Assembly (NCBI GenBank): GCA_041739995.1
Contig: JBGSMV010000059.1
Span: 1-64,000, forward strand
Direction: 5' to 3'
From: Bdellovibrionota bacterium
Lineage (GTDB): Bacteria; Bdellovibrionota_C; UBA2361; JBGSMV01
DNA: 64,000 nt
The notes under the pieces are model-generated. The model did not search any database, was not told the origin of the DNA, and saw nothing but the letters and a program-made list of their open reading frames with translations. How positions within the stretch are numbered: the stretch's first letter is position 1; each line of letters opens with the position of its first letter. The position numbers and the translations under genes are program-made. Positions 19,419 through 29,721 of the stretch are shown piece after piece.

Positions 19419-20387
19419 CTATATTGCCAACCAAAGCACTCCTGCCCCAAGCACCGCGACGACATAGCTGACGGGATCCCGAAGAGCAAATACGATCGGG
19501 TCATCGTGCATCTCGCCTCGGTGAGCAAGCAGCCACACGCGCGTGACCCAAAAAAGCACCAGGGGGCAAATCAAGTAGATAAGCTGCGGCGCTTGGTAGA
19601 GCACAGAAACTTCTCGACTGCTTACGTACAGGGCAAGAACCAATACCGATATGTAGCCGGAAGCACAGCCAGACTGGGAAACAAGCTCGAGATCTTCTGC
19701 TCGATAGCCTCTACCTGACGCGTTCTGTCCATTATTCAAACGAAGAACGCGAAGTTCAGAAAAACGCTTCATCCCCGCGAGGCTGAGAAAGAAAAACATA
19801 GAAAACAGCAGTAGCCACTGGGACACTTCTACGGGTACGGCATAGGCGCCAGCGAGGACTCTTAAGGTGTAGAGAGAAGACAGGACTACGATGTCAGCAG
19901 CGATGATTCGTTTGATGACGAGGGAGTAGGCTGAGCACACTAGAACATACAGCGCTAAAAGCAGACCGAAGTTTGCCGGTAGCGTAAGCGCGATAGCGGA
20001 TGCGGCGGAGAGGAGGAGTCCGGCGACCAAAATGGCGCTCGACATCCCCAGCGCGCCACTTGCAATCGGACGGAAGCGCTTCGTGCGATGTTGCCTATCG
20101 GATTCTCGATCGACTAGATCGTTGCAAATGTAAACAAAGGAGGAGGTAAAACAGAAAGCAAGCGCAGCGAGTAGTACCGAGGCGAGCGTGTCGAAGTGGT
20201 GAAGCTGGTGGGCCATGGCGGCGGGGACAAACAGCAGTAGATTCTTAACCCACTGATGCACACGAAGTGTCTTTACGATCGCGGACAAGGTTCCAAGTTC
20301 TGGAATTGGCCCAGTCGCCTGCTCAACTGCGGGAACCGCCTGTGGCGACTGGTCCAGGACGTTTTTATCGACGTTTGGTAGCTTCAC
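19419..20387 (-). CDS. UbiA-family polyprenyl-phosphate 5-phosphoribosyltransferase
   Basis: LRVHQWVKNLLLF, YICNDLVDRESDRQHRTKRFRPIASG, KRFSEL, HDDPIVFALRD. Confidence 0.88.
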   Translation of the reverse strand: MKLPNVDKNVLDQSPQAVPAVEQATGPIPELGTLSAIVKTLRVHQWVKNLLLFVPAAMAHQLHHFDTLASVLLAALAFCFTSSFVYICNDLVDRESDRQHRTKRFRPIASGALGMSSAILVAGLLLSAASAIALTLPANFGLLLALYVLVCSAYSLVIKRIIAADIVVLSSLYTLRVLAGAYAVPVEVSQWLLLFSMFFFLSLAGMKRFSELRVLRLNNGQNASGRGYRAEDLELVSQSGCASGYISVLVLALYVSSREVSVLYQAPQLIYLICPLVLFWVTRVWLLAHRGEMHDDPIVFALRDPVSYVVAVLGAGVLWLAI

Positions 20388-20597
20388 GGCCTAAGAGTGG
20401 CCTTTTCTGGCGGTCTTATCAATTGGCGAGATCCTTGTGCGATCGCTCGGCGAAGGTATGGCCTAAGTCCGCCCGGGCCCGTCCGTGCGAGAACTGCCCG
20501 TCCGTGCGAGAACTGGTTGTCGCCATCATGGCGCCGCGCTACTCTAACTCCATCGTTGGCGCTGGTCGATATCGCCGATATTATCACTCAGGTGCGT

Positions 20598-21533
20598 ATG
20601 GAAAAGAACGATTCGATTTTCGTAGCCGGACACCGAGGCCTAGTGGGCTCGGCGGTGGTTCGTGCTCTTAAAGGTCACGGGTATACCAACCTTCTTCTCA
20701 AGCCTCGCAAGGAGCTTGATCTACTTGATCAACATGCCGTGAACGAGTTCTTCTCCTCAAACAAAGTGGATCACGTGGTGCTCGCGGCGGCTAAGGTTGG
20801 CGGGATTTTGTTCAATAACGATTTTCAAGCCGACTTTTTGTACGAAAATGTGATGGTGTCGGCCAACGTCATACACGCCGCCGCGCAGTACGGGACTCAA
20901 AAATTACTCTATCTGGGAAGCTCTTGTATCTATCCCAAAGAGGCTCCTCAACCAATCAAGGAGAGTTCGCTTCTGACTGGCCCGCTTGAGCCGACCAATG
21001 AGGGCTATGCATTGGCCAAGATTGCTGGGCTTAAGATGTGCGAAAAGTACCAGTTGCAGTACAAGAAGCGCTTTATTTCTGCGATGCCTACCAATCTGTA
21101 CGGTCCCGGTGACAATTTTCATCCGAATCATTCGCATGTGATTCCCGGCATGATGCGACGCTTTCACGAGGCCAAGGTGCAAGGGAAACCGAGCGTAGTG
21201 GTGTGGGGTAGCGGAAAGCCTCGACGAGAGTTTTTGTATGTAGATGACCTTGCCGAGGCGGTAGTCGTGTTGCTTGAGCGCTATGAGGAACCGCTGACTA
21301 TTAACGTTGGCACAGGCGAAGATATTCCGATTCGTGAGCTTGCCGAGCTAATCAAGCAAGTGGTGCAGTTTCCCGGAAAGATTGAGCTCGACGCAAGCAA
21401 GCCAGACGGCATGATGCGAAAGGTCTTGGACGTTTCGCGTATGCAGGCGCTTGGATGGAAGGCGCAGACCTCTTTGGCGGTGGGTCTTGAAAATGCATAT
21501 CGCTGGGCTCTCGAGCATAAGGCCTTTGATTAG
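20598..21533 (+). CDS. fcl: GDP-L-fucose synthase
   Basis: IFVAGHRGLVGSA, AAAKVGGI, LGSSCIYP, LEPTNEGYALAK, MPTNLYGPGDNF; true start taken as ATG 20598. Confidence 0.96.
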   Translation: MEKNDSIFVAGHRGLVGSAVVRALKGHGYTNLLLKPRKELDLLDQHAVNEFFSSNKVDHVVLAAAKVGGILFNNDFQADFLYENVMVSANVIHAAAQYGTQKLLYLGSSCIYPKEAPQPIKESSLLTGPLEPTNEGYALAKIAGLKMCEKYQLQYKKRFISAMPTNLYGPGDNFHPNHSHVIPGMMRRFHEAKVQGKPSVVVWGSGKPRREFLYVDDLAEAVVVLLERYEEPLTINVGTGEDIPIRELAELIKQVVQFPGKIELDASKPDGMMRKVLDVSRMQALGWKAQTSLAVGLENAYRWALEHKAFD

Positions 21534-21603
21534 AATTTTTCTTATTTAACCTCTGTGGCGAGAGCGCGAGTGTTTTCAAAATTTCAGCTTTGTTGAGACA
21601 ACG

Positions 21604-22650
21604 ATGAGCACTCTGGATAGTATAAGTCCTCCTCCCCCCGGCCTGCTGGCGCGTTCTCGTCCACCCTCGAGCATTTCCGTGGTGGTTCCCTGTTACAATG
21701 AAGAGGAAGTTTTCGGAGAACTTAGACGGCGCCTGAGCGCGGTCATGACTGAGGTGCACGGGAAGACTGGTGCGCGATATGAAATTCTCTTGATTGACGA
21801 CGGCAGCAAAGATCGCACTTGGGAGCTGATGTGCCAGGCGCAGAGCGAAGACTCTCATTTCAAGGTAATTAGACTAAGCCGAAATCATGGTCATCAATTA
21901 GCGCTTAGCTGCGGACTTGATCAGGCTCGTGGTGAAGTAGTTCTAATTATGGACGGAGACCTTCAGGATCCTCCAGAACTTATTCACGACATGCTTGTAA
22001 AGTGGCGTGAAGGCTACGAGGTGGTGTACGGCAAGCGGCGTCAGCGTCGAGGAGAATCTCTCTCTAAGCGCCTATTTGCATTTGCTTTCTATCGCTTCTT
22101 CAAGAAGGTAACTGGCTTTGAGCTTCCCAGTGATACTGGGGATTTTCGCTTGATGGATCAGCGCGCGGTTCGAGCGTTTCGTCTTTTGCGTGAACGGCAC
22201 CGCTTTATCCGAGGCATGGTCTCTTGGATAGGCTTTCATCAGACCCCAGTATTTTATGATCGCCCCGAGCGCTTTGCGGGAACGACTAAGTACCCCTTTC
22301 GAAAATCATTCTTTCTGGCGATTGATGCGATTACTTCGTTTTCGTTTGCTCCGTTGCGTCTTGCTTCCTACTTAGGAGTGCTCTTTTCCGGTCTCGCTTT
22401 TTTGTACATTTTCATCGTTCTGGCACTGCATCTCGCGGGTCAGAATCTGCCTGGGTACACCTCGCACATGGCGACGATATTGTTGCTGGGAGGGGTGCAA
22501 CTTACCGTGCTTGGAATCATGGGCGAGTACGTCGGGCGAATTTTTGAGCAAGGGCAGCGCAGACCTACCTATCTAGTCGAGCGCGTGCTTGGTGAGCCGC
22601 TTGAGGGAGAGACGGAGTTCGAGTCCCCAGTTCATGGTATTTGGGGATAG
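21604..22650 (+). CDS. GT2 glycosyltransferase (GtrB/ArnC/DPM1-like polyprenyl-phosphate glycosyltransferase)
   Basis: VVPCYNEE, DDGSKD, RNHGHQ, MDGDLQDPPE, GDFRLMD; two C-terminal TM helices. Confidence 0.92.
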   Translation: MSTLDSISPPPPGLLARSRPPSSISVVVPCYNEEEVFGELRRRLSAVMTEVHGKTGARYEILLIDDGSKDRTWELMCQAQSEDSHFKVIRLSRNHGHQLALSCGLDQARGEVVLIMDGDLQDPPELIHDMLVKWREGYEVVYGKRRQRRGESLSKRLFAFAFYRFFKKVTGFELPSDTGDFRLMDQRAVRAFRLLRERHRFIRGMVSWIGFHQTPVFYDRPERFAGTTKYPFRKSFFLAIDAITSFSFAPLRLASYLGVLFSGLAFLYIFIVLALHLAGQNLPGYTSHMATILLLGGVQLTVLGIMGEYVGRIFEQGQRRPTYLVERVLGEPLEGETEFESPVHGIWG

Positions 22651-22694
22651 GGTTCTGGCGGTCGGCGAATTGCAAAAGGTACCGCACAATAGTC

Positions 22695-23149
22695 GAAGAG
22701 GAGTCGAGCTCTAAGCGGGATTCTGTACACTGCGACGGTTTCCCGTCGGGTGTGATGGCCATTCATCTGGACAGTACGTTGCCGTACTGTTCGTGCGACG
22801 CTACCCGAAAACGAGACGCGAGCAACGTCTTGGAAGAACACGAATGCTCCTCCACCGCTTTCCTATTTGGTCTTGCTTCGACTGGGGTTTACCAAGCCGC
22901 CGAGTCACCTCGGCGCTGGTGAGCTCTTACCTCACCGTTTCACTTTCGCCACCCCTTAAACTCTTGCGAGTTTAAGCAGTTCGGCTCCTTCTTTTCTGTG
23001 GCACTTTCCGCAGGTCACCCTGCGTCGCCGTTAGCGACCAATCTGCTCTACGAAGTCCCGACTTTCCTCAAGTACGTTCTCTCAAAGCTCAACCCAAAGG
23101 GCTGTGCTGAGAATGAATGCACCTGCGACCATCCACTCGGCTCCTCTTC
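22695..23149 (-). ncRNA. rnpB: RNase P RNA (bacterial type A)
   Basis: Minus strand has GAGGAAAGTCGGGA ... GAAAGTGCCACAGAAA ... GTGAAACGGTGAGGTAAGAGCTCACC ... GGTAAACCCC ... AGATGAATGGCCATC ... ACAGAATCCCGCTTA; P1 and P4 arms are complementary. Confidence 0.95.
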
Positions 23150-23384
23150 CACTACTGTTCCGGTCTCTACGCTGCGCGAAGGAAACCGGGAGCCGTGGAG
23201 CACTATAGCGACGAGATACAAATTTATCTATGACGCCCACCAGGAGGCCATGGACATCTCCAAGGGTTTCTAGAAACCAACCTCGTGCAGAGTATAAGTC
23301 CCCAGACTGAATGGCCCTCGGTGGAGATAGCCAAAGACGCTCGCCAGTTGAAGCCTCAGGATGCCGGTACGTGGGGAGCCTAAT

Positions 23385-24143
23385 TCAGGACGTAACGCTG
23401 GAAGCGCTGCTGTTCGAAGAGGTTGGCGTTGGATCAACCACGCCGTCAAGGTAAATGAATCGGCCACAGCCGCGACATTTCACCACAGAGTCACCCTTGT
23501 GGACGTTGACCATAAGCTGGGCCGCCACCTGTATGTAGCAACCGGAGCAGCTTCCGTTATTGACCGGAACCATCGGGTCGGCCGGATAGCGGTTCTTCAC
23601 TCTATCGTATTGCTGCAAATTGGCAGGGAGTACTTTGGGGAGAATCGTATCTCGCGCCTTGGACTTCTCGGTACGTTGTGATTCGAGTGCGACCAAGTTT
23701 TCCGCAGAATCGCTACGAAGTAGCTCGACCTCTGCTTGGATGGTGGCGAGTTGAGCTTCTGATTTCTTAAGTGCGGCTTCAGCTTGGTCGGCTTCATCCA
23801 GCATTTTGAGCAACAAGTCTTCGCGAACCTTTAATTGCCTTACGTTGTAGTCAATCTCTCGAATGGCAGCTTGTTGAAGCTTGTAATTGTGAAGCGTGTT
23901 GAGCACCTTTCTGCGTTCACCGATCTTTTCATGCTCTTCTTTTATAGTCTTGTCTTCGGTGTTGTAGCGAGTTCGTCTCTCGTCGGTGAGTTTGGCGAGG
24001 CCGTTACGTTCGGTCTGTGCGCGTTTAAGAACGGCTTCACGCTCTGCCAGTTTGGTCTCTAGTTGTTTCTTTTGGACGAATATACGGGCTAGGGCCGTGT
24101 CGACTTTGCTTAGTTCTATGAGGGTGGCCAGGGTTGAAGACAT
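23385..24143 (-). CDS. Coiled-coil protein with C4-type zinc ribbon (DUF164-like)
   Basis: Long coiled coil then CSGC...CRGCGRFIY; upstream of rnpB. Confidence 0.88.
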   Translation of the reverse strand: MSSTLATLIELSKVDTALARIFVQKKQLETKLAEREAVLKRAQTERNGLAKLTDERRTRYNTEDKTIKEEHEKIGERRKVLNTLHNYKLQQAAIREIDYNVRQLKVREDLLLKMLDEADQAEAALKKSEAQLATIQAEVELLRSDSAENLVALESQRTEKSKARDTILPKVLPANLQQYDRVKNRYPADPMVPVNNGSCSGCYIQVAAQLMVNVHKGDSVVKCRGCGRFIYLDGVVDPTPTSSNSSASSVTS

Positions 24144-24275
24144 AGGCTTACAGCTCGTTATTTCCGATACTTATAGACGGGCCTGACAGGAAGTTCAACG
24201 TGGCGTGAAAACAGTGAAATAGTGAGGTTTATCGCCGCTCTCATTCATGATAATTGAAGCTCGCTTCTCTCAAAT

Positions 24276-24349
<74 letters not shown>

Positions 24350-24443
24350 TTCCTTGAACGAAGTGAAATGAAGGGACCCAGCTGGACTTGAACCCCAAAG
24401 AGATCGCAAGTCCTCACCTTCGAGCGTAGCGAAAAGGTGGAGC

Positions 24444-25568
24444 TTACGACAGCGGAACGATACAGCCACGCACAGAAACCAAGTATTCGCCTCTATATAG
24501 ATGCGGATCGGATCCTGAGCCCCGTCGCTCGGCCAAAGCGCAAGAAAAGAAGGCGTATCCGTTTGATTGAGAGAACTCTCCGGCAAAAATCACCTTACCA
24601 TCCAAGTCCGTTCCGGGCGGTTGATAAAAAGGAGTAATGACCGTTTCGAAATCATTGCCGACAACCTGCTTACCATCAAACTGCATCCGACGAACACAAC
24701 CGCACTCCGTGTCAGCGGTCCAATAGAGAAAGCCTTCCTCCTCATCCACCCAGGGCTGGGTATTTTTGCTACCCTGGTTAGGTGGCCCGTTCAGCAAGAT
24801 TGGCTCAGACCAAGAGCCGTTTACACTTTCTGAATACCAAAGACGCTTAGCTTCCGTGTCATTGCAAGCGCTGTTGTACGGCAGCGCACTTGTAGACTCG
24901 AAGATCATTCTTGTTCCATTCGCATATAGCTCTGGATTGTCCTCCTGGCACGAAGAATTGCGCGAAAACCCTGCAGCAGCACTCCAACTGTTACCTTCCT
25001 TTCTCGCCAACATAATCTGCCAATCGGCAGAATCATAATACACCGTGTAGGCAATAGAATTTCCCGAAACGCTCATTCCCGCCTCGTGCTCATTACTGTT
25101 CAATGAAGTCTGGTTCTGAATGTCCCAGCCCGAGTCAAGCGCGTTGGCCTTGTAGATATCGAATTTTATTCTGCGATGATTCGTCGGAAGTTGACAGGCT
25201 GAATCAAAAACTACCTCGGGGGAGTTGGCGATCAGGCCAGTAAATCGCGTAGAGGTGATAGCGAAAAATAAATTTTCCCCGGTCCAATGGAGAGAGTCGA
25301 CCCAACAATCTGGCCGGTTAATCTCAGGCGAAAGAAAGTAAGCTGATTTTCCAGCCAGTGGCCCGTTGAATATGATTCCTTCGGCGCGCTCGGAGTACAG
25401 GTTGCTTGCGGGAGGCGCATCGGAGCTCGGGGGGGCGCTCGGAGTTGAACCAATGCTACCCAAAGAAGATGGGGAGTCACCAGAGCTACAGCTGATAGCG
25501 GTCAGCAAGAAAAGACAAGCGGTGACTAGTAAAGACGTCTGGCAGAAGCTTATCTGATGGAATCTCAT
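24444..25568 (-). CDS. Hypothetical lipoprotein with PD40/WD40-like beta-propeller repeats
   Basis: Lipobox AISC after ATG 25568; repeated motifs (EDNPELYANGTRMIFES, NTQPWVDEEEGFLYWT, GSWSEP). Confidence 0.65.
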   Translation of the reverse strand: MRFHQISFCQTSLLVTACLFLLTAISCSSGDSPSSLGSIGSTPSAPPSSDAPPASNLYSERAEGIIFNGPLAGKSAYFLSPEINRPDCWVDSLHWTGENLFFAITSTRFTGLIANSPEVVFDSACQLPTNHRRIKFDIYKANALDSGWDIQNQTSLNSNEHEAGMSVSGNSIAYTVYYDSADWQIMLARKEGNSWSAAAGFSRNSSCQEDNPELYANGTRMIFESTSALPYNSACNDTEAKRLWYSESVNGSWSEPILLNGPPNQGSKNTQPWVDEEEGFLYWTADTECGCVRRMQFDGKQVVGNDFETVITPFYQPPGTDLDGKVIFAGEFSQSNGYAFFSCALAERRGSGSDPHLYRGEYLVSVRGCIVPLS

Positions 25569-25897
25569 TCTAACCTCAACAGTTCGGGTTAACGATGGCA
25601 GTTCAGGTTCTCCCCTGGAGGACTCCCGCGCTTCGATGAGCAGCTCCCTGGATGTGGCCCTCAATTTCTAGCGGCTAGAAGGCAGGTTCTAGATGGAAAC
25701 CCCTACCCTAACAAAACATGCTCGTAGTGTCCCTGCGCAGGCCCTCCAGAGCGGCAGCTACGAAAGCTAGCACACTTGCTCTTGCGGCCTTCAGAATCCT
25801 TCCCTTTTCGTCTGAAATATTCCCTCCAGCACTCCATATGAGGTCAAATTTAGGATAGATTACTCAGGTCAATTTTGAGTATTTGTTCAGGGACACT

Positions 25898-27004
25898 ATG
25901 GGTTTTACATGCGGCATTATCGGACTTCCTAACGTGGGAAAGTCCACCATCTTTAACGCGCTGACCTCGGCTAAGGCTCAGGCTGCAAATTTCCCGTTCT
26001 GCACCATTGAGCCGAACACCGGAGCGGTGGCGGTCCCCGACCCCCGCCTTGAAGAGCTCGCGGTGCTGGCAAAGTCGGCCAAAACCATTCCCACTCAAGT
26101 CACGTTCGTCGATATCGCCGGCTTGATTCGCGGCGCCTCTAAAGGCGAAGGCCTCGGCAATCAGTTTCTGGGGCACATTCGAAGTGTGGACGCCGTTGCT
26201 CACATCGTGCGCTGCTTTGATGATGCAAACGTGGTGCATGTGGACGGCGACGTGAATCCACGTCGCGACGTGGAAACAGTTGAAACTGAATTGATCTTGT
26301 CTGACTTAGAAGCGGTTCAGAAACAGATTTCGAGATACGAGAAAATAGGCAAGACCGGCGACAAGGATGCCAAAGCCCGTATTGAGGTGCTCTCCAGTCT
26401 TGAGAAGCACTTGTCGTCCGGAAAAGCCGCCAAGACTTTTACGACCGATTTCGCTGAGTATGCGGAACTTAGCGCAGACCTTTTGACCGCAAAGCCGGTA
26501 ATGTTTGTGGCGAACGTTTCCGAGGACTTCGCCGCAGCCCAGGTTGGCGATGGCTCATGCGCGGCCCTGGACCAGGTTGGAGAAATCGCCAAGGAGCGCG
26601 GCGCAGAAGTGGTGGTCATTTCTGGAAAGGTAGAATCGGAAGTAGCTGAACTGGCCGCTGACGAACGAGCGGAGTACCTTCAGTCACTGGGTCTTAAGAC
26701 TTCGGGTCTGGACCGCATGGCCTTAAGTGGATTTGAGCTGTTGGGATTGATTTCATTTTTTACCATTGGTCCCAAGGAGGCGCATGCCTGGACCGCAGCT
26801 GCGGGTACCCGAGCACCTCAATGCGCCGGTAAAATTCACTCTGATTTCGAGCGTGGATTTATCAGGGCAGAGATAGTGAGTCATGTCGACTACGTCGCCT
26901 GTGGTGGTGAGGCCAAGGCCAGAGACGCGGGCAAGCTTCGTACTGAGGGTAAGGAGTATGAGATGAAAGACGGTGACATCGTGCATTTTCGCTTCAACGT
27001 GTAG
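25898..27004 (+). CDS. ychF: Ribosome-binding ATPase YchF
   Basis: GIIGLPNVGKST, NFPFCTIEPN, DIAGL..GASKGEGLGNQFL, AGKIHSDFERGFIRAE, HFRFNV. Confidence 0.97.
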   Translation: MGFTCGIIGLPNVGKSTIFNALTSAKAQAANFPFCTIEPNTGAVAVPDPRLEELAVLAKSAKTIPTQVTFVDIAGLIRGASKGEGLGNQFLGHIRSVDAVAHIVRCFDDANVVHVDGDVNPRRDVETVETELILSDLEAVQKQISRYEKIGKTGDKDAKARIEVLSSLEKHLSSGKAAKTFTTDFAEYAELSADLLTAKPVMFVANVSEDFAAAQVGDGSCAALDQVGEIAKERGAEVVVISGKVESEVAELAADERAEYLQSLGLKTSGLDRMALSGFELLGLISFFTIGPKEAHAWTAAAGTRAPQCAGKIHSDFERGFIRAEIVSHVDYVACGGEAKARDAGKLRTEGKEYEMKDGDIVHFRFNV

Positions 27005-27042
27005 CGATCTACTGATCAGATCGATTTTTGCAGGGCTAGAGG

Positions 27043-28167
27043 ATGGGAGCCACTGACGAACAACGCAGGTCAGGCGAGCAGCAAGACGATTCAGATGTGC
27101 TGAACTTGTTGCGCATCCGCTGGATACTGACGCTTTCTGGCCTCGTAGCCCTGGCGATTGGCCTTTTTGGAGTGTTTCGTCCCTTCCTCGTGCCCCTGCT
27201 TTGGGCTTCCATTCTGGTAGTTACCACATGGCCTGTGTATCGCAGAGTGCTGCGCTTCACCGGAGACCGCACTGCTCTTGCTGCCTTGATCATGACGCTC
27301 ATTCAGACCCTGGTGGTAATTGCAGCGGTAGTTCCGATGTTATTTGCCGCGCGTGATGAGATGCAAGCCTTCTCTCAGTATCTGCAGCAGGTGCTTCATT
27401 CAGGCGCGCCGATTTTGCCTGAGTCTATTTCACAGCTTCCCGTCGTTGGTCCTCTGATAGTCGAGCAGCTAGAGCTCCTACGAGGAGAGAACGGGAAGAT
27501 CGTCTCCTTGGTCGGAAGCTATCAGGGTACGCTGCTCGAGGTGGCGACCTTTGCCGCGAAAGGCTTGTTCGGCGCATTGGCTGGCATCGTGATGTGTCTG
27601 TTTGTGGTATATTTTTTCTATCTGCATGGCGCCTCGCTCAGTCGTCAGCTTGCATCTGGTTTGCATCGAATCGGAGGGCCGCGCTTTGATAGACTGCTTG
27701 AAACGGTGAGAAGTACTGTTCGAGGTGCGCTCTATGGTGTAGTGGCGACTGCATTGGCTCAGGGGATTTTGGCAGGAATCGGGTACTACGTGGCAGGAGC
27801 CCCTACTCCACTATTGCTGGGTCTTGCCACAGTAGTGATGTCCTTAATTCCATTTGGTACTCCCGCCGTGTACATCCCTGTCGCCTTGTACGTGGCTGTG
27901 CAGGATTCCTGGTTCTATGGGCTAGGCCTGCTGGTGTGGGGTGTGGCGGTAGTGAGCACTATCGATAATTTCTTAAGACCGTACTTTATCAGTCAGGCCA
28001 CACGAATGCCGATTCTTTTGGTGTTTATAGGGGTAATAGGCGGACTGATTTCGTTCGGACTCGTGGGCATTTTTGTCGGGCCGGTCTTGATAGCAATCGC
28101 GCAGGCACTCTGGATCGAATGGACGGACTGTCCTTCTGACCAAGATGTCATCAATTCTCAGCAGTAA
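27043..28167 (+). CDS. AI-2E family transporter
   Basis: Multi-TM protein with IDNFLRPYFI and GVIGGLISFGLVGIFVGP. Confidence 0.9.
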   Translation: MGATDEQRRSGEQQDDSDVLNLLRIRWILTLSGLVALAIGLFGVFRPFLVPLLWASILVVTTWPVYRRVLRFTGDRTALAALIMTLIQTLVVIAAVVPMLFAARDEMQAFSQYLQQVLHSGAPILPESISQLPVVGPLIVEQLELLRGENGKIVSLVGSYQGTLLEVATFAAKGLFGALAGIVMCLFVVYFFYLHGASLSRQLASGLHRIGGPRFDRLLETVRSTVRGALYGVVATALAQGILAGIGYYVAGAPTPLLLGLATVVMSLIPFGTPAVYIPVALYVAVQDSWFYGLGLLVWGVAVVSTIDNFLRPYFISQATRMPILLVFIGVIGGLISFGLVGIFVGPVLIAIAQALWIEWTDCPSDQDVINSQQ

Positions 28168-28176
28168 TCGTTCAGT

Positions 28177-28226
28177 GCAGCTGTTCCGTTCCTTCGGAAG
28201 GGCAGCTGTTCCGTTCCTTCGGAAGG
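28177..28226. repeat. Perfect 25-bp tandem duplication between convergent genes, each unit containing the palindrome CCTTCGGAAGG
   Basis: GCAGCTGTTCCGTTCCTTCGGAAGG x2. Confidence 0.9.
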
Positions 28227-28240
28227 TAGGTCAATACCCT

Positions 28241-29023
28241 CTAATATTTCTTCGGCACTGCGGTAAAATGCTTAAGTGGTGCCTTGTCGTCATACGATCC
28301 TTTATTGGAACGTTTGGGCAGATTTATTTTGGTCTTGGGCAGCTTTCTATGCGGAATGACCGACAGCAGATGAGAAATGCAATTTAGGCGAGCACTTTTT
28401 TTATCGTCCGAATGAAGAATATGCCACGGCGCATGATCGGAATCTGTTGCCTTGAGCATCGCGTCACGAGCACGTGAGTATTCAAACCACTTTTCACGAG
28501 ACGGAAGATCCATCGGACTGAGCTTCCACTGTCGAATTGGATCGTTAATTCTGGCCTCAAATCGACGTGCCTGTTCCTCGTTGCTGACTTCAAGCCAATA
28601 CTTTACAAGAATTATCCCGCTCTCTACGATGTATTTCTCGACGTTTGGGCATAGTTTCAAAAATCGCTTTTGCTGGTCCTCGGAGCAGAATCCCATCACA
28701 TATTCAACGCCCGCGCGATTGTACCAACTGCGGTCGAAAATAACGATCTCGCCTGCCGTGGGGAAATGCGCGAGGTAACGCTGCATATAGAGTTGATTCT
28801 TCTCGCGATCGGACGGAGCAGGAAGAGCAGCAACTCGGAAGATACGAGGGCTAACCCGTTCGGTGAGCGCCCTAATAGTGCCGCCCTTTCCGGCCCCATC
28901 GCGACCTTCAAATACCACTATGACCCTGAGGCCCTTTTGCTTGACCCACTCTTGCAGCACGCAGAGCTGAGCTTGAAGTTTGCGAAGTTCGCTTTCGTAG
29001 TCTTTGCGTTTGAGTTTGGACAT
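28241..29023 (-). CDS. ppk2: Polyphosphate kinase 2 (single domain)
   Basis: FEGRDGAGKGG, FDRSWYNRAGVE, WKLSPMD, SDDKKSARLN. Confidence 0.95.
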   Translation of the reverse strand: MSKLKRKDYESELRKLQAQLCVLQEWVKQKGLRVIVVFEGRDGAGKGGTIRALTERVSPRIFRVAALPAPSDREKNQLYMQRYLAHFPTAGEIVIFDRSWYNRAGVEYVMGFCSEDQQKRFLKLCPNVEKYIVESGIILVKYWLEVSNEEQARRFEARINDPIRQWKLSPMDLPSREKWFEYSRARDAMLKATDSDHAPWHILHSDDKKSARLNCISHLLSVIPHRKLPKTKINLPKRSNKGSYDDKAPLKHFTAVPKKY

Positions 29024-29076
29024 CTCTATTCCCTCTCGCCGTCTCGAGGTGTCTAGGACCTCTCGAAGTATTTCTG

Positions 29077-29721
29077 CTAGGCCACACGCCCGAAGCTCAG
29101 CGCAGCTTGGTCCACGGTGCCCTTAACCTGCTGCCAAGCTAAGTCAGGCAGTAATTCTTGAACGACCACATTAGTTCCACGCACTACCTCTTCAGCATCA
29201 TCAAGAGCGCGCATGCCGGACTGAACTAAATACTCAATCTTCGAAATGTTCTCACTAATTAATTCGTCAGCTTTGGACTTCAGCTGGTCGGCGTCAGCGC
29301 GGAGCTTGGTCACGGCTTTCAGCGTCAATTGGCAACGCACACCGGAAGCAACGCCCCTAAGAGCGACTTCCTGCCAAAGCCAACTAGTTGATTCAGGATA
29401 TTTTCTCCAAGCGGTGACGATGCCGCGCATGCTCTTTACCGCTTGCTCAAGCTCTTCTTGCTCAAGTTCCTTGCTAGATCTTCCGGTAGTAGGCCTCGCA
29501 TTTGGAGATCCAGACCCCGCACTCGTCATTGAAGCATTTCGAGCAGCGAGATCCTCGCGCTTTTTCTGGATCTGTAACTTCAGGGATTTGATTGCCGAGT
29601 GTAGCTCTTGAGTTGAGCTCTTAAAGGTATCTGCCTGTGGAGTACCAACGGACCCCTTAGACGAGCTTCCGCGGATGAGTGAGGGCAGTCCCGAAAGAAA
29701 CTTCTCTTTTGTCGGTGACAT
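29077..29721 (-). CDS. Hypothetical coiled-coil protein
   Basis: 214-aa ORF, helical composition, preceded by AGGAG; no family recognised. Confidence 0.6.
   Translation of the reverse strand: MSPTKEKFLSGLPSLIRGSSSKGSVGTPQADTFKSSTQELHSAIKSLKLQIQKKREDLAARNASMTSAGSGSPNARPTTGRSSKELEQEELEQAVKSMRGIVTAWRKYPESTSWLWQEVALRGVASGVRCQLTLKAVTKLRADADQLKSKADELISENISKIEYLVQSGMRALDDAEEVVRGTNVVVQELLPDLAWQQVKGTVDQAALSFGRVA

Noticed and set aside
20397..20597. N-terminal extensions in the ORF track for fcl (also rplI, ispH, suhB, efp, pilin, transglycosylase)
   Set aside because: Family similarity begins at downstream ATGs, several with RBS-like sites; the extensions come from longest-ORF calling.
22641..23273. 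Short ORFs at 22641..22922, 22793..22975 and 22998..23273
   Set aside because: They overlap the RNase P RNA gene on the other strand.
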